Position numbers and translations under genes: made by a program
From: Planctomycetota bacterium
GTDB lineage: Bacteria; Planctomycetota; UBA8108; UBA1146
DNA length: 19,505 nucleotides
Reading direction: 5' to 3'
NCBI GenBank assembly: GCA_036338595.1
Contig: JAYZBV010000044.1
Span: 1-19,505 of the forward strand
Part shown: one piece after another, positions 1 through 7,762 of the stretch
Layout of the letters: the number at the start of each line of letters is the position of its first letter
How positions within the stretch are numbered: position 1 is the first letter of the stretch
Notes under the pieces: model-generated
Database searches by the model: none
Seen by the model: the letters and a program-made list of their open reading frames with translations, nothing else
Told to the model about the DNA's origin: nothing

Positions 1-114
1 AAGCTGGCCACCTACCTCGAAAGCGTCGGTGCGAAGATGCCGACAAAGAACCTCCAGTACGATCCGAAAAAACCGAGCAGCGATCGTACAAAGCGAGGCA
101 GATCACAGAAGTAA
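1..114 (+). CDS. 3' end of a CDS entering from the left, probably a sulfatase (partial)
   Basis: Frame 1 is open from base 1 to TAA at 112-114: KLATYLESVGAKMPTKNLQYDPKKPSSDRTKRGRSQK*. The L..YL..VGAKMP..N..YDP.K pattern resembles the C-terminal tail of many planctomycete/bacteroidete arylsulfatases. Only 37 aa are visible. Confidence 0.55.
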   Translation, partial: KLATYLESVGAKMPTKNLQYDPKKPSSDRTKRGRSQK

Positions 115-213
115 CGGGAACGACTCCAAGGAGCAAAACCCGAGCGTTGTAACGCTTGAGGTAAAACTGGCTGTCAGATCGTCCAATGCCGTTCAGTCGG
201 ATGCGCGAGGCTC

Positions 214-1992
214 CTAGGCTCGGCTACCAGCGCCTGCCGCTGCTGCTCGTCCCCGGTAGGAATCTCGGCGTTTGCCCCGATGCGGTCTTGGCCGTCTCGA
301 ATGATCGGGCCTTGAATTGCCCTGACTGCGTCGAATATTGAGGTTCGGGTCGCGTCCATCCGGACGACGTGCGGCCTTCTCGAAACCTTCCGAGGCTGTT
401 TTTGAAATCTCGAAGGTACTGAAAGCTGGCCCGAGGCGAATCGCACCGACCTCAGAACTGCTGACATTTCCTCTTCGGCACAGATGCGACAAGATGCGAC
501 TCGCGCTCGCTCCCTTGGATGTGCCCCAGTTGATTTCAAAACTCTGGAAGGCACCAAACGTTGCTTTTCTTCGTGGCCCCGAATTTCGTGGATGACGCGG
601 GCCTCGAGAATCTCGTGAATGCCCTGATCCCTCGGAGACTTCCGCAATGGAATAACCCTGGAGTGCCGGTTTGGGCTCGGCCATCTGCAAGAGAGCGGCA
701 AGGATCTCCAGCGGATCTCGTTGCTCGGGTTGATCTAACAAGAACTTTGCGTAGGAAGTTTGCTTTTTGGAAACCAAAGAGGAGTCCGCAAGGATGGCAT
801 GAAGATCACGACGGAATGTCTTGGTATAACGCTTTTCGATCTGTGCAGGGCTCGGAACCGGCTGCCACTGCGCCTCGACACCTGCCGATGAAAAGATTCG
901 CCTTACACGACCCTGGGAATGCGCCGGTACCATCAGAACACTTCGACCCTTGCGACCCGCTCGTCCGGTACGTCCACTCCGGTGAGTGTAAATTTCGACA
1001 TCGGCCGGTACATCTGCGTGAATCACCGTGTCAATTTCAGGGACGTCGATCCCGCGAGCGGCGACATCGGTGGCGATCAGGATATCCTGCTCACCATTTT
1101 TGAACGCGTTCAGGGTGCGTGTACGCTGCGTCTGATTGAGTTCGCCACTGAACGGTGCGGCAGCGATTCCATTTGCGGACAGTCTTTCGGCGAGTTCCGT
1201 GGCATCCACCCGACGACGAACGAAAACCAGCACACGCTCGCCGCGAGCATGCAGCAGGACATTGATGATCGCGGCATTCAATTGACGGGGACGAATGCGG
1301 TGGGCTACATGCTGAATGTCAGCATTGGCTACGCCGAGGCGAGTCCCCTCGACATGAAGGGGATTTTCCTGGAAACGATCGGCCAACCGTTTGACGATCG
1401 CCGGAAAGGTCGCAGAAACAAGATGGCTGCAACGATCCTTGGGCAAAAACTCGAGGATCGCTTCCAGTTCATCCCTGAAGCCCATGTCGAGCATCTGGTC
1501 TGCTTCGTCCAATACGACCTGACGAAAAGAGGAACAGTTGAGCCTGCGCGATTTCATGTGATCCAGCAATCGGCCTGGTGTTCCCACCAGGACTGCCGGC
1601 GACTTGCTGAGCGCGCGGCGCTCACGGCCGATATCCGATCCGCCTGTGACCACTTCAACAGCCACGCCTTTGATCCTGGCAAAGAGCCAGCGTAGTTCAC
1701 CCGCGACCTGCACTGCCAGTTCACGAGTGGGTGTGATCAATAGAACGCGAGGCCCTTCGGAACCGCGGGCGACCGTCGAATCATCGTCAGCAGGGATCAG
1801 ATCACTGGCCAGGCGAATCCCGAGGGCCAGGGTTTTACCGGATCCGGTCTGTGAGGAGATACGGAGATTTCGCCCCGACCCCTCGGATGAAAGGACGGCC
1901 TCCTGTACCGAGGTCAGCTTTTCGAAACCACGTGCAACGATGGCCTCACGCAGCGGAGCCGGTACACCGGCAAAGGGGTCTGTAGTTGACAT
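214..1992 (-). CDS. ATP-dependent DEAD-box RNA helicase with C-terminal DbpA-type RNA-binding domain (DeaD/CsdA-like)
   Basis: Q motif GFEKLTSVQ, motif I SQTGSGKT, Ia PTRELAVQ, Ib TPGRLLD, II DEAD (VLDEADQMLDMGF), III SAT, V TDVAARGID, VI HRSGRTGRAG. C-terminal FEINWGTSKG...EVGAIRL is DbpA-RBD-like, followed by an Arg-rich tail. Confidence 0.96.
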   Translation of the reverse strand: MSTTDPFAGVPAPLREAIVARGFEKLTSVQEAVLSSEGSGRNLRISSQTGSGKTLALGIRLASDLIPADDDSTVARGSEGPRVLLITPTRELAVQVAGELRWLFARIKGVAVEVVTGGSDIGRERRALSKSPAVLVGTPGRLLDHMKSRRLNCSSFRQVVLDEADQMLDMGFRDELEAILEFLPKDRCSHLVSATFPAIVKRLADRFQENPLHVEGTRLGVANADIQHVAHRIRPRQLNAAIINVLLHARGERVLVFVRRRVDATELAERLSANGIAAAPFSGELNQTQRTRTLNAFKNGEQDILIATDVAARGIDVPEIDTVIHADVPADVEIYTHRSGRTGRAGRKGRSVLMVPAHSQGRVRRIFSSAGVEAQWQPVPSPAQIEKRYTKTFRRDLHAILADSSLVSKKQTSYAKFLLDQPEQRDPLEILAALLQMAEPKPALQGYSIAEVSEGSGHSRDSRGPRHPRNSGPRRKATFGAFQSFEINWGTSKGASASRILSHLCRRGNVSSSEVGAIRLGPAFSTFEISKTASEGFEKAARRPDGRDPNLNIRRSQGNSRPDHSRRPRPHRGKRRDSYRGRAAAAGAGSRA

Positions 1993-2392
1993 TTTTGTCT
2001 CTCAAAATCCGGGGAAACATAGGTCTTGCCACCGGACTCTAAGTGAGCAACGAGGCAGGCTGAGGCCGATGTCGGCACTCAGTTTCAGTGATCATAATAG
2101 ACTTTAGCCTTTTCGAACTGAATTGTCTCAATTGAAGAGAAAAAGGCCAAAATACTGCCTCCTCAATTGCTCTCGTGGTCCTGCTCGATCGTCTCGCTGC
2201 TGCTGGTGCGGAACCTGCAGGAATCTGGCCCGAGGCGCGGATAATGAATATGAAAGCGTCGACCTCGGTGATGTCGTGACCCCGCCTCAATTTCCTGTTT
2301 CTGTGTTACCCGGTGCCGTAATCGGCGTCTGCGAGGCTAACGTGCCCACCGGTCGGCTCACCTGTGTCATCCCTAACTGTCTCTGATCTCTA

Positions 2393-2421
2393 CTGAAACG
2401 GCAATTTTCAGCGAGTATAAT
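2393..2421 (+). promoter_or_regulatory. Putative sigma70-type promoter of the dockerin-domain gene
   Basis: CTGAAA (2393-2398) - 17 bp - perfect TATAAT (2416-2421), then RBS-like GAAGGGAG (2443-2450) and GTG at 2455. Confidence 0.6.
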
Positions 2422-2454
2422 CGAATTGAGAATGGCACCGACGAAGGGAGTGCA

Positions 2455-3777
2455 GTGAAAACCAACAACGCTCTCCTCCCCACCTTGCTGGCGCTCCTGT
2501 CTCTCCACGCAACACCGCTAATTGCAGAGGATCTCTGGATCATGGGCACCGTCGCCCAGGGTGGTCAGCGAACCGCAGCGGGTCAGCCCATCGAACAGAC
2601 GGTCTGGATGCAGCGCGGTGCCAATACGATCCTCGCCTTCAGTTTTGGCATCGCCATCGATCCAGCACTGGGGAGCCTCACCGATGTCGCTGCGACCACC
2701 GAGCTCCTGACATCCAATGCTGGCAGCGCCCCCGACTTCATCGATGTGCAACTGGTCGCGGGCGGCTTCACCGTCGAGACCTTGATCTGCGCTGCTCCTT
2801 GCTCCGGCTGGGATGGCAGTTTTTTCTCCACACCGATCTTTGAATTCAGCATCGATCCTGTCGTCGTGGACGGTAGCCATGTCATTTGCTTCAGCGATGG
2901 CCTCGGTTCGCCACCGGTGCCCATCTCGGTGACAAACAGTCAGGAATCCTTGATTCCGACTGCTCACTGCGCCACCGTTTGCATCACAGAGCATCAGGCA
3001 TGGGAGTTCGCAGCACACGATGAAACGGTGCCCTATGATGTGCAGACGGGAAATGCAGGAGTCACCGTCACGCTCACCATCGGGCAGTACCCCTGCCAGT
3101 ATCCGATGGTCGAGTCGCCGGGTTTTTCATTCAGCCTCGTAAACGATGCCACGGTACTCGAGGCAACGTCGCTGACCCCCGCAGATGTTCTACTGGATCT
3201 CAACAATGGTAGCGGTCCCGATTTCATGGGTGTGAACCTGTACCCTGGTGGGGTCACCCTGGGGATTGTCGCTTCTCTCGTCGGATCTGACGCTCTCGTA
3301 TTCGAGGGTGAAACCGATGCTGCCTATGTTCACTATCAGGCAAACCCTTCGGTTCTCATCGGTTCAGTGGATTCGATCACGACGATTCTTGAGTGGAGTG
3401 ATAGCAATACCTCCCCAACGGTCAGCAACTACATCATGCCAGGAGATGCTTCGGTAATCCCAGGTGCGCTCATCGATGGGATCGTCACATTCGAACCGGT
3501 CGAGGTCCCTCACTATATCCGAGGTGATGTCAATGAAGACGGAACCACCGACCTGGCCGACCCCATCGTGCTACTGAGCCATCTGTTCGGTTCCGATCCG
3601 CCTCCATCCTGTGATGATGCTGGGGATGCCAATACTGATGGCACCATCGATGTAGCCGACCCCGTGTGGTTGCTGTCCTACCTCTTTTCAGGAGGTGCTG
3701 CCCCGTTGGCGCCATTCCCCGGCTGCGGAAGTGTCGGCCTGAACGACTGTCCGATCAGCAGCGCAGTCTGTCCCTAG
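2455..3777 (+). CDS. Secreted protein with two cohesin-like beta-rich repeats and a C-terminal dockerin type I-like domain
   Basis: Signal peptide MKTNNALLPTLLALLSLHATPLIA. Two internal repeats, FSF...D...LL..N.GS.PDF..V.L..GG.T. Duplicated Ca-binding loops GDVNEDGTTDLAD..VLLSHLF and GDANTDGTIDVAD..WLLSYLF, then a PFPGCG tail typical of planctomycete dockerin-like modules. Confidence 0.85.
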   Translation: MKTNNALLPTLLALLSLHATPLIAEDLWIMGTVAQGGQRTAAGQPIEQTVWMQRGANTILAFSFGIAIDPALGSLTDVAATTELLTSNAGSAPDFIDVQLVAGGFTVETLICAAPCSGWDGSFFSTPIFEFSIDPVVVDGSHVICFSDGLGSPPVPISVTNSQESLIPTAHCATVCITEHQAWEFAAHDETVPYDVQTGNAGVTVTLTIGQYPCQYPMVESPGFSFSLVNDATVLEATSLTPADVLLDLNNGSGPDFMGVNLYPGGVTLGIVASLVGSDALVFEGETDAAYVHYQANPSVLIGSVDSITTILEWSDSNTSPTVSNYIMPGDASVIPGALIDGIVTFEPVEVPHYIRGDVNEDGTTDLADPIVLLSHLFGSDPPPSCDDAGDANTDGTIDVADPVWLLSYLFSGGAAPLAPFPGCGSVGLNDCPISSAVCP

Positions 3778-3809
3778 GTTGCCGTGATCGGTTCAGATAT
3801 CTGTGGCTT

Positions 3810-4847
3810 CTATTCGAGCAGTTCCTCGAACTGATCCACATACGGACAAGCAGCGCGTTGACGTTTGCCGACCTGGATCATCGAAGGTACCTGCTCGGAA
3901 CAGGACGGCTGCGCGATGGGACAGCGAGTTCTGAAGCCACATCCAGATGGTTTGGCCATCGGCGAGGGAACGTCGCCCTTGAGCACCAGTCGATTGCTGC
4001 GTTCGCGTTCGGGATCCGGACGTGGCACCGCACTGAGCAGTGCACGAGTATAGGGGTGCTTGGGCTCCCTGAAAATTTCTCGGGTACTCCCCAGTTCAAC
4101 CAGATTACCAAGGTACATCACCGCAACTCGATCGGAGACATGCTCGACCACGGAGATATCGTGAGCGATGAAGATCACCGTCAGTCCCAGCTCCCGTTTC
4201 AGCTCCTGCAGCAGATTGATGACCTGAGCCTGGATGGAGACATCGAGAGCGCTGACCGGTTCATCGGCGATGATCACCCTGGGTCGAGTGGCCAGCGCCC
4301 TGGCGATACCAATCCTCTGTCTCTGGCCACCTGAGAACTCGTGCGGATAACGCTCCGCCTGTTCTTTTCTGAGACCGACTCGTTCGAGCAGTTCTTCGAC
4401 ACGAAGTCGACGCTCTTCACGAGTCATGTTCTTGTGGTGCACTCTCAACGGCTCGTCGACGATCTCTTCGACGGATAATCTCGGGTTCAACGACGAATAG
4501 GGATCCTGGTAAACCATCTGGATTTCGCTGCGGTAAGGCCGGTATTGCTTGCGCGACAACCGGGTCAACTCGACTGTCCCACCGGCAGCAGGATGAAACC
4601 GGATGCTGCCCGAGGTGCTCGGCACCAGCCCCATCACGGCTTTCCCCAGCGTGCTCTTGCCGCAACCTGATTCGCCCACCACCCCCAGCGTCTCGCCCTG
4701 CTCCACTCTCAGGCTGATGCCATCGACAGCCTTCACATCCGCGATGTGTCGAGAAAAGACACCGCCGTGCACGGGAAACCACACCTTCAGATCCTCCAGT
4801 GCCAGGATCTCTGGTCTCGAATTGTCGGGGACAGGCGTCTGATTCAT
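3810..4847 (-). CDS. oppF: Oligopeptide/dipeptide ABC transporter ATP-binding protein (OppF/DppF)
   Basis: Walker [11 protein letters not shown]-loop YQDPYSSLNPR, signature FSGGQRQR, Walker B IIADEPVSALD, HPYT motif, C-terminal Cys cluster GCGFRTRCP..C..C. ATGA overlap with the upstream ATPase gene. Confidence 0.95.
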   Translation of the reverse strand: MNQTPVPDNSRPEILALEDLKVWFPVHGGVFSRHIADVKAVDGISLRVEQGETLGVVGESGCGKSTLGKAVMGLVPSTSGSIRFHPAAGGTVELTRLSRKQYRPYRSEIQMVYQDPYSSLNPRLSVEEIVDEPLRVHHKNMTREERRLRVEELLERVGLRKEQAERYPHEFSGGQRQRIGIARALATRPRVIIADEPVSALDVSIQAQVINLLQELKRELGLTVIFIAHDISVVEHVSDRVAVMYLGNLVELGSTREIFREPKHPYTRALLSAVPRPDPERERSNRLVLKGDVPSPMAKPSGCGFRTRCPIAQPSCSEQVPSMIQVGKRQRAACPYVDQFEELLE

Positions 4848-5887
4848 GACGAGACTCCCCCTGCATCACCGGATTCGTCATCTCCGACCAGATGACAGCG
4901 CACCTCGTGTCCCTCCCCTACTGTTTTCAGTGAAGGCTGCTCGACACGACAGCGTTCCTCAGCCAGAGGACAGCGTGTGCAAAAGCGACAACCTTCCGGC
5001 CAGGCAAAGATGTTGGGCACCATGCCAGGAATCGTTTCCAGTTCTCCCTGTTCGCCATCGAGTTCTGGTCTCGGCAAACTGCGAAGGAGTCCCTGGGTGT
5101 ATGGGTGCAGTGGATCTCGGAACAACTTCCTGACAGGCGCTACTTCCTGGATCTTCCCTCCGTACATGACGACAACGCGGTCACAGGTCTCGGCAACCAC
5201 TGCCAGGTCATGGGTGATCAGCAGGATCGATGCACCTTCCTGATGTTGTTTCATCTCGAGCATCAGGTCGAGGATCTGCGCCTGGATCGTCACATCGAGT
5301 GCCGTTGTCGGTTCATCCGCAATCAACAGCGCGGGTTCCAGAGAAAGGGCCATGGCGATCATCACACGTTGCCTCATACCCCCCGAGAACTGATGTGGAT
5401 AGGCAGACAATCGTGTTTCTGCATCGGAGATACCTACAAGATCCAGCATCTCCATGGCGCGTCGATTTGCATCTGCTTTACTCGCGCCTGTATGCCTCAT
5501 GATGCCTTCACGCATCTGGAAGCCGATGGTGAATACCGGATTGAGGGCAGTCATCGGCTCCTGGAAGATCATGGCGATCTCCTGGCCACGAATCTCCCTC
5601 ATCTCATCGTAGCTCAGTGTCAAAAGATCCCGTCCCTTGAAGATGGCTGAGCCCTTGTCGATGTGACCTGGAGGATCCGGGATCAACTTGAGCAGACTCA
5701 AGGCAGTGACAGATTTCCCGCAACCTGATTCTCCGACCAGGCCAAGAACCTCACCGGCAAGAACATCGAAATCGACACCATCCACAGCGCGAGCGGTCTG
5801 ACCCTCGACCGAAAATGAGGTGTGAAGATCCCTGATCTGAAGCAGAACTTCTTTACTGGCAGGTTCCGGTTGTGGTTCGGGTGTCAT
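4844..5887 (-). CDS. oppD: Oligopeptide/dipeptide ABC transporter ATP-binding protein (OppD/DppD)
   Basis: [55 protein letters not shown]. The start is ambiguous (GTG 5896, ATG 5893, ATG 5887); 5887 was chosen for its spacing from GAGGTG. Confidence 0.95.
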   Translation of the reverse strand: MTPEPQPEPASKEVLLQIRDLHTSFSVEGQTARAVDGVDFDVLAGEVLGLVGESGCGKSVTALSLLKLIPDPPGHIDKGSAIFKGRDLLTLSYDEMREIRGQEIAMIFQEPMTALNPVFTIGFQMREGIMRHTGASKADANRRAMEMLDLVGISDAETRLSAYPHQFSGGMRQRVMIAMALSLEPALLIADEPTTALDVTIQAQILDLMLEMKQHQEGASILLITHDLAVVAETCDRVVVMYGGKIQEVAPVRKLFRDPLHPYTQGLLRSLPRPELDGEQGELETIPGMVPNIFAWPEGCRFCTRCPLAEERCRVEQPSLKTVGEGHEVRCHLVGDDESGDAGGVSS

Positions 5888-5892
5888 CGCCA

Positions 5893-7752
5893 TCACCTCA
5901 GCCTCGAAAAGACCTTGGGATCGAAGGCCTCTCGCACGGCCTCACCTATGAGCACCACCAGAAACAGCGTGACCGCGAGCGCCAGCACGGGAAGCAGTAC
6001 CAGATGCGGATAGATCAACAGGAACTGAAAACCCTGACTCAGGAGCCGACCCCAGGAGGGATCGGTCGGTGGCAATCCGAAACCGAGGAAATCGAGGGAA
6101 ACCAGCGCATTGATGTAGTTGACGAAGGAAAAGGGAGCCCGTGAGATCACCGGGATCATCGAATTGGGAAGAATGTGACGGATCATGACGGTGAAGTCAC
6201 TGACACCACTGCCGATGGCAGCTTGCACGTAGTCCTTGGCCTTCTCTCGGTAAAATTCTCCTCGAATCTGGTAGGTCACCGCCATCCACGATCGCAAAAC
6301 GACCAGGAAGATGACCAGCATCCAGAATCCAGGATCGATGATGCTGGCGATGATCATGATCAGAAACAGAAAAGGAACCGAGCCCCAGATCTCGATGAAT
6401 CTCTGCAACAGGATATCAGTCCAGCCACCGTAGTAGCCCATCACTGCTCCTGCGAAAATCCCCACGATGTAACCAATCCCCATCACCAGGATGGCGAAGC
6501 CGACGCTGACACGAAATCCGTAGAGCAGCAAAGGAAGCACATCGATGCCGGAGTCGCTGGTTCCCAGAGGAGCCTCCCAGGTGTCGAGAAAGCGAGTGAC
6601 CAGGCGAGCATTTTCTGGAAACGACTTTCCTTCTGCCTTCGAAAGGACCTCCGCCGTTCCGATGCTGCCGTCTTCACCGACCTGGTCGATCAGGGACGCC
6701 AGATCTTCCTGCAAGGCATTGAGCGCCAGAGTGAGGCTGGCATCTGTCGGATCTCCACTGGCCACCAACTCGGAGATCTGCTGCTGAACGCTCCTGATCC
6801 GTGAATTCAGTTCCGTTGCATCACTGACTTCTCGGATCAACAGGATTCCAAGAACATCCGTGATGGGGCCAGTGCCACCGCCCTCCACCACGAAGTACTT
6901 CATCCCGGCACCCAATCGCTGACCGCCACTGGCCGCCACCGTGTAGGTGGGTTGTCCGCCCAGCGATTCCTGATTCCTGGACAGCAAGGTCGCTGTCAAG
7001 TTTGCAGGTGTGATACCAGGAATTGGCAACGATGGCCCATGGGGAGCCGTCCCTGGAAGACCCAGGCGATTCTTCTTGGGTCCATGGCGATAAAGTGGCC
7101 AGATGACGGATGCTCCGCCCGAGGTGAAGACACTTTCGATGGCCCCGAGGCCCTCGATCTGCTGCAGCAATCGCACCAGATCCTCGTTCGCGGCCTCGAG
7201 GTCCTCGATGAGCCACTCTTCTGGCTCATCGCCATTCTCGAGCGCCGCGGCGATCTCCAGCTGAGTCTCTCGAATCTCCGCTTCTAACCCATTCGCATCC
7301 TCCCTCCTGGCGCCTGCTATCGGGCCAAAGGACGCGGTCGGGTCTGCCACGATCTCTCCGAATGCGGCGTAGTCGAGGGGGCCATCCCCTGGAATGCCGA
7401 AATCTCCAGATCTATCAAAGGTGGCAAAGGGCCCTTCCACAAAGAAGAGCCAGGTGTTTGCCAGATCTCGAACCGCAGGGAAGGCTCTCTCCTGCTCGTA
7501 ACGGATCATGATGGGCTTGTCGTTGACCAGTACCTCGAGAAAAAGGGAGGTGGTGAAGCAACTGGTCACGATGACAAATGAGATGTACCCGCGTCGAATT
7601 GACTTGAAGCGTCGAATCCTCTTCTTGGCCAGTGGACTGGTCTTGATGCGGATTCCAAACAATCGAAGAAGCAGCCGAACCAGCAGAGGAATGCCCCTCT
7701 GGGTGAACAGGATGCCTGCCACGATGACCAGCATGATGAGGAGGAAATTCAT
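5893..7752 (-). CDS. yejE: Peptide ABC transporter permease, YejE/OppC type, with large extracytoplasmic insertions
   Basis: RRFKSIRRGYISF N-terminal motif, NDKPI, LGT..G.DVL..LLYGFRVS, GAVMGYYGGWTDILLQRFIEIW, EAA-like loop DYVQAAIGSG, SLDFLGFGLPP..PSWG, GEAVREAFDP. 619 aa, far longer than the usual ~340 aa. Confidence 0.9.
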   Translation of the reverse strand: MNFLLIMLVIVAGILFTQRGIPLLVRLLLRLFGIRIKTSPLAKKRIRRFKSIRRGYISFVIVTSCFTTSLFLEVLVNDKPIMIRYEQERAFPAVRDLANTWLFFVEGPFATFDRSGDFGIPGDGPLDYAAFGEIVADPTASFGPIAGARREDANGLEAEIRETQLEIAAALENGDEPEEWLIEDLEAANEDLVRLLQQIEGLGAIESVFTSGGASVIWPLYRHGPKKNRLGLPGTAPHGPSLPIPGITPANLTATLLSRNQESLGGQPTYTVAASGGQRLGAGMKYFVVEGGGTGPITDVLGILLIREVSDATELNSRIRSVQQQISELVASGDPTDASLTLALNALQEDLASLIDQVGEDGSIGTAEVLSKAEGKSFPENARLVTRFLDTWEAPLGTSDSGIDVLPLLLYGFRVSVGFAILVMGIGYIVGIFAGAVMGYYGGWTDILLQRFIEIWGSVPFLFLIMIIASIIDPGFWMLVIFLVVLRSWMAVTYQIRGEFYREKAKDYVQAAIGSGVSDFTVMIRHILPNSMIPVISRAPFSFVNYINALVSLDFLGFGLPPTDPSWGRLLSQGFQFLLIYPHLVLLPVLALAVTLFLVVLIGEAVREAFDPKVFSRLR

Positions 7753-7762
7753 TGGCCCTCCC

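Noticed and set aside
2094..2131. Minus-strand promoter for the helicase (TATTAT or TAAAGT -10 candidates)
   Set aside because: No -35 at convincing spacing, so it could not be placed with confidence.
2039..2508. Short ORFs in the helicase/dockerin spacer (2039..2290, 2123..2386, 2287..2508)
   Set aside because: No convincing RBS or protein-like composition; the region is better explained as divergent promoters and leaders.
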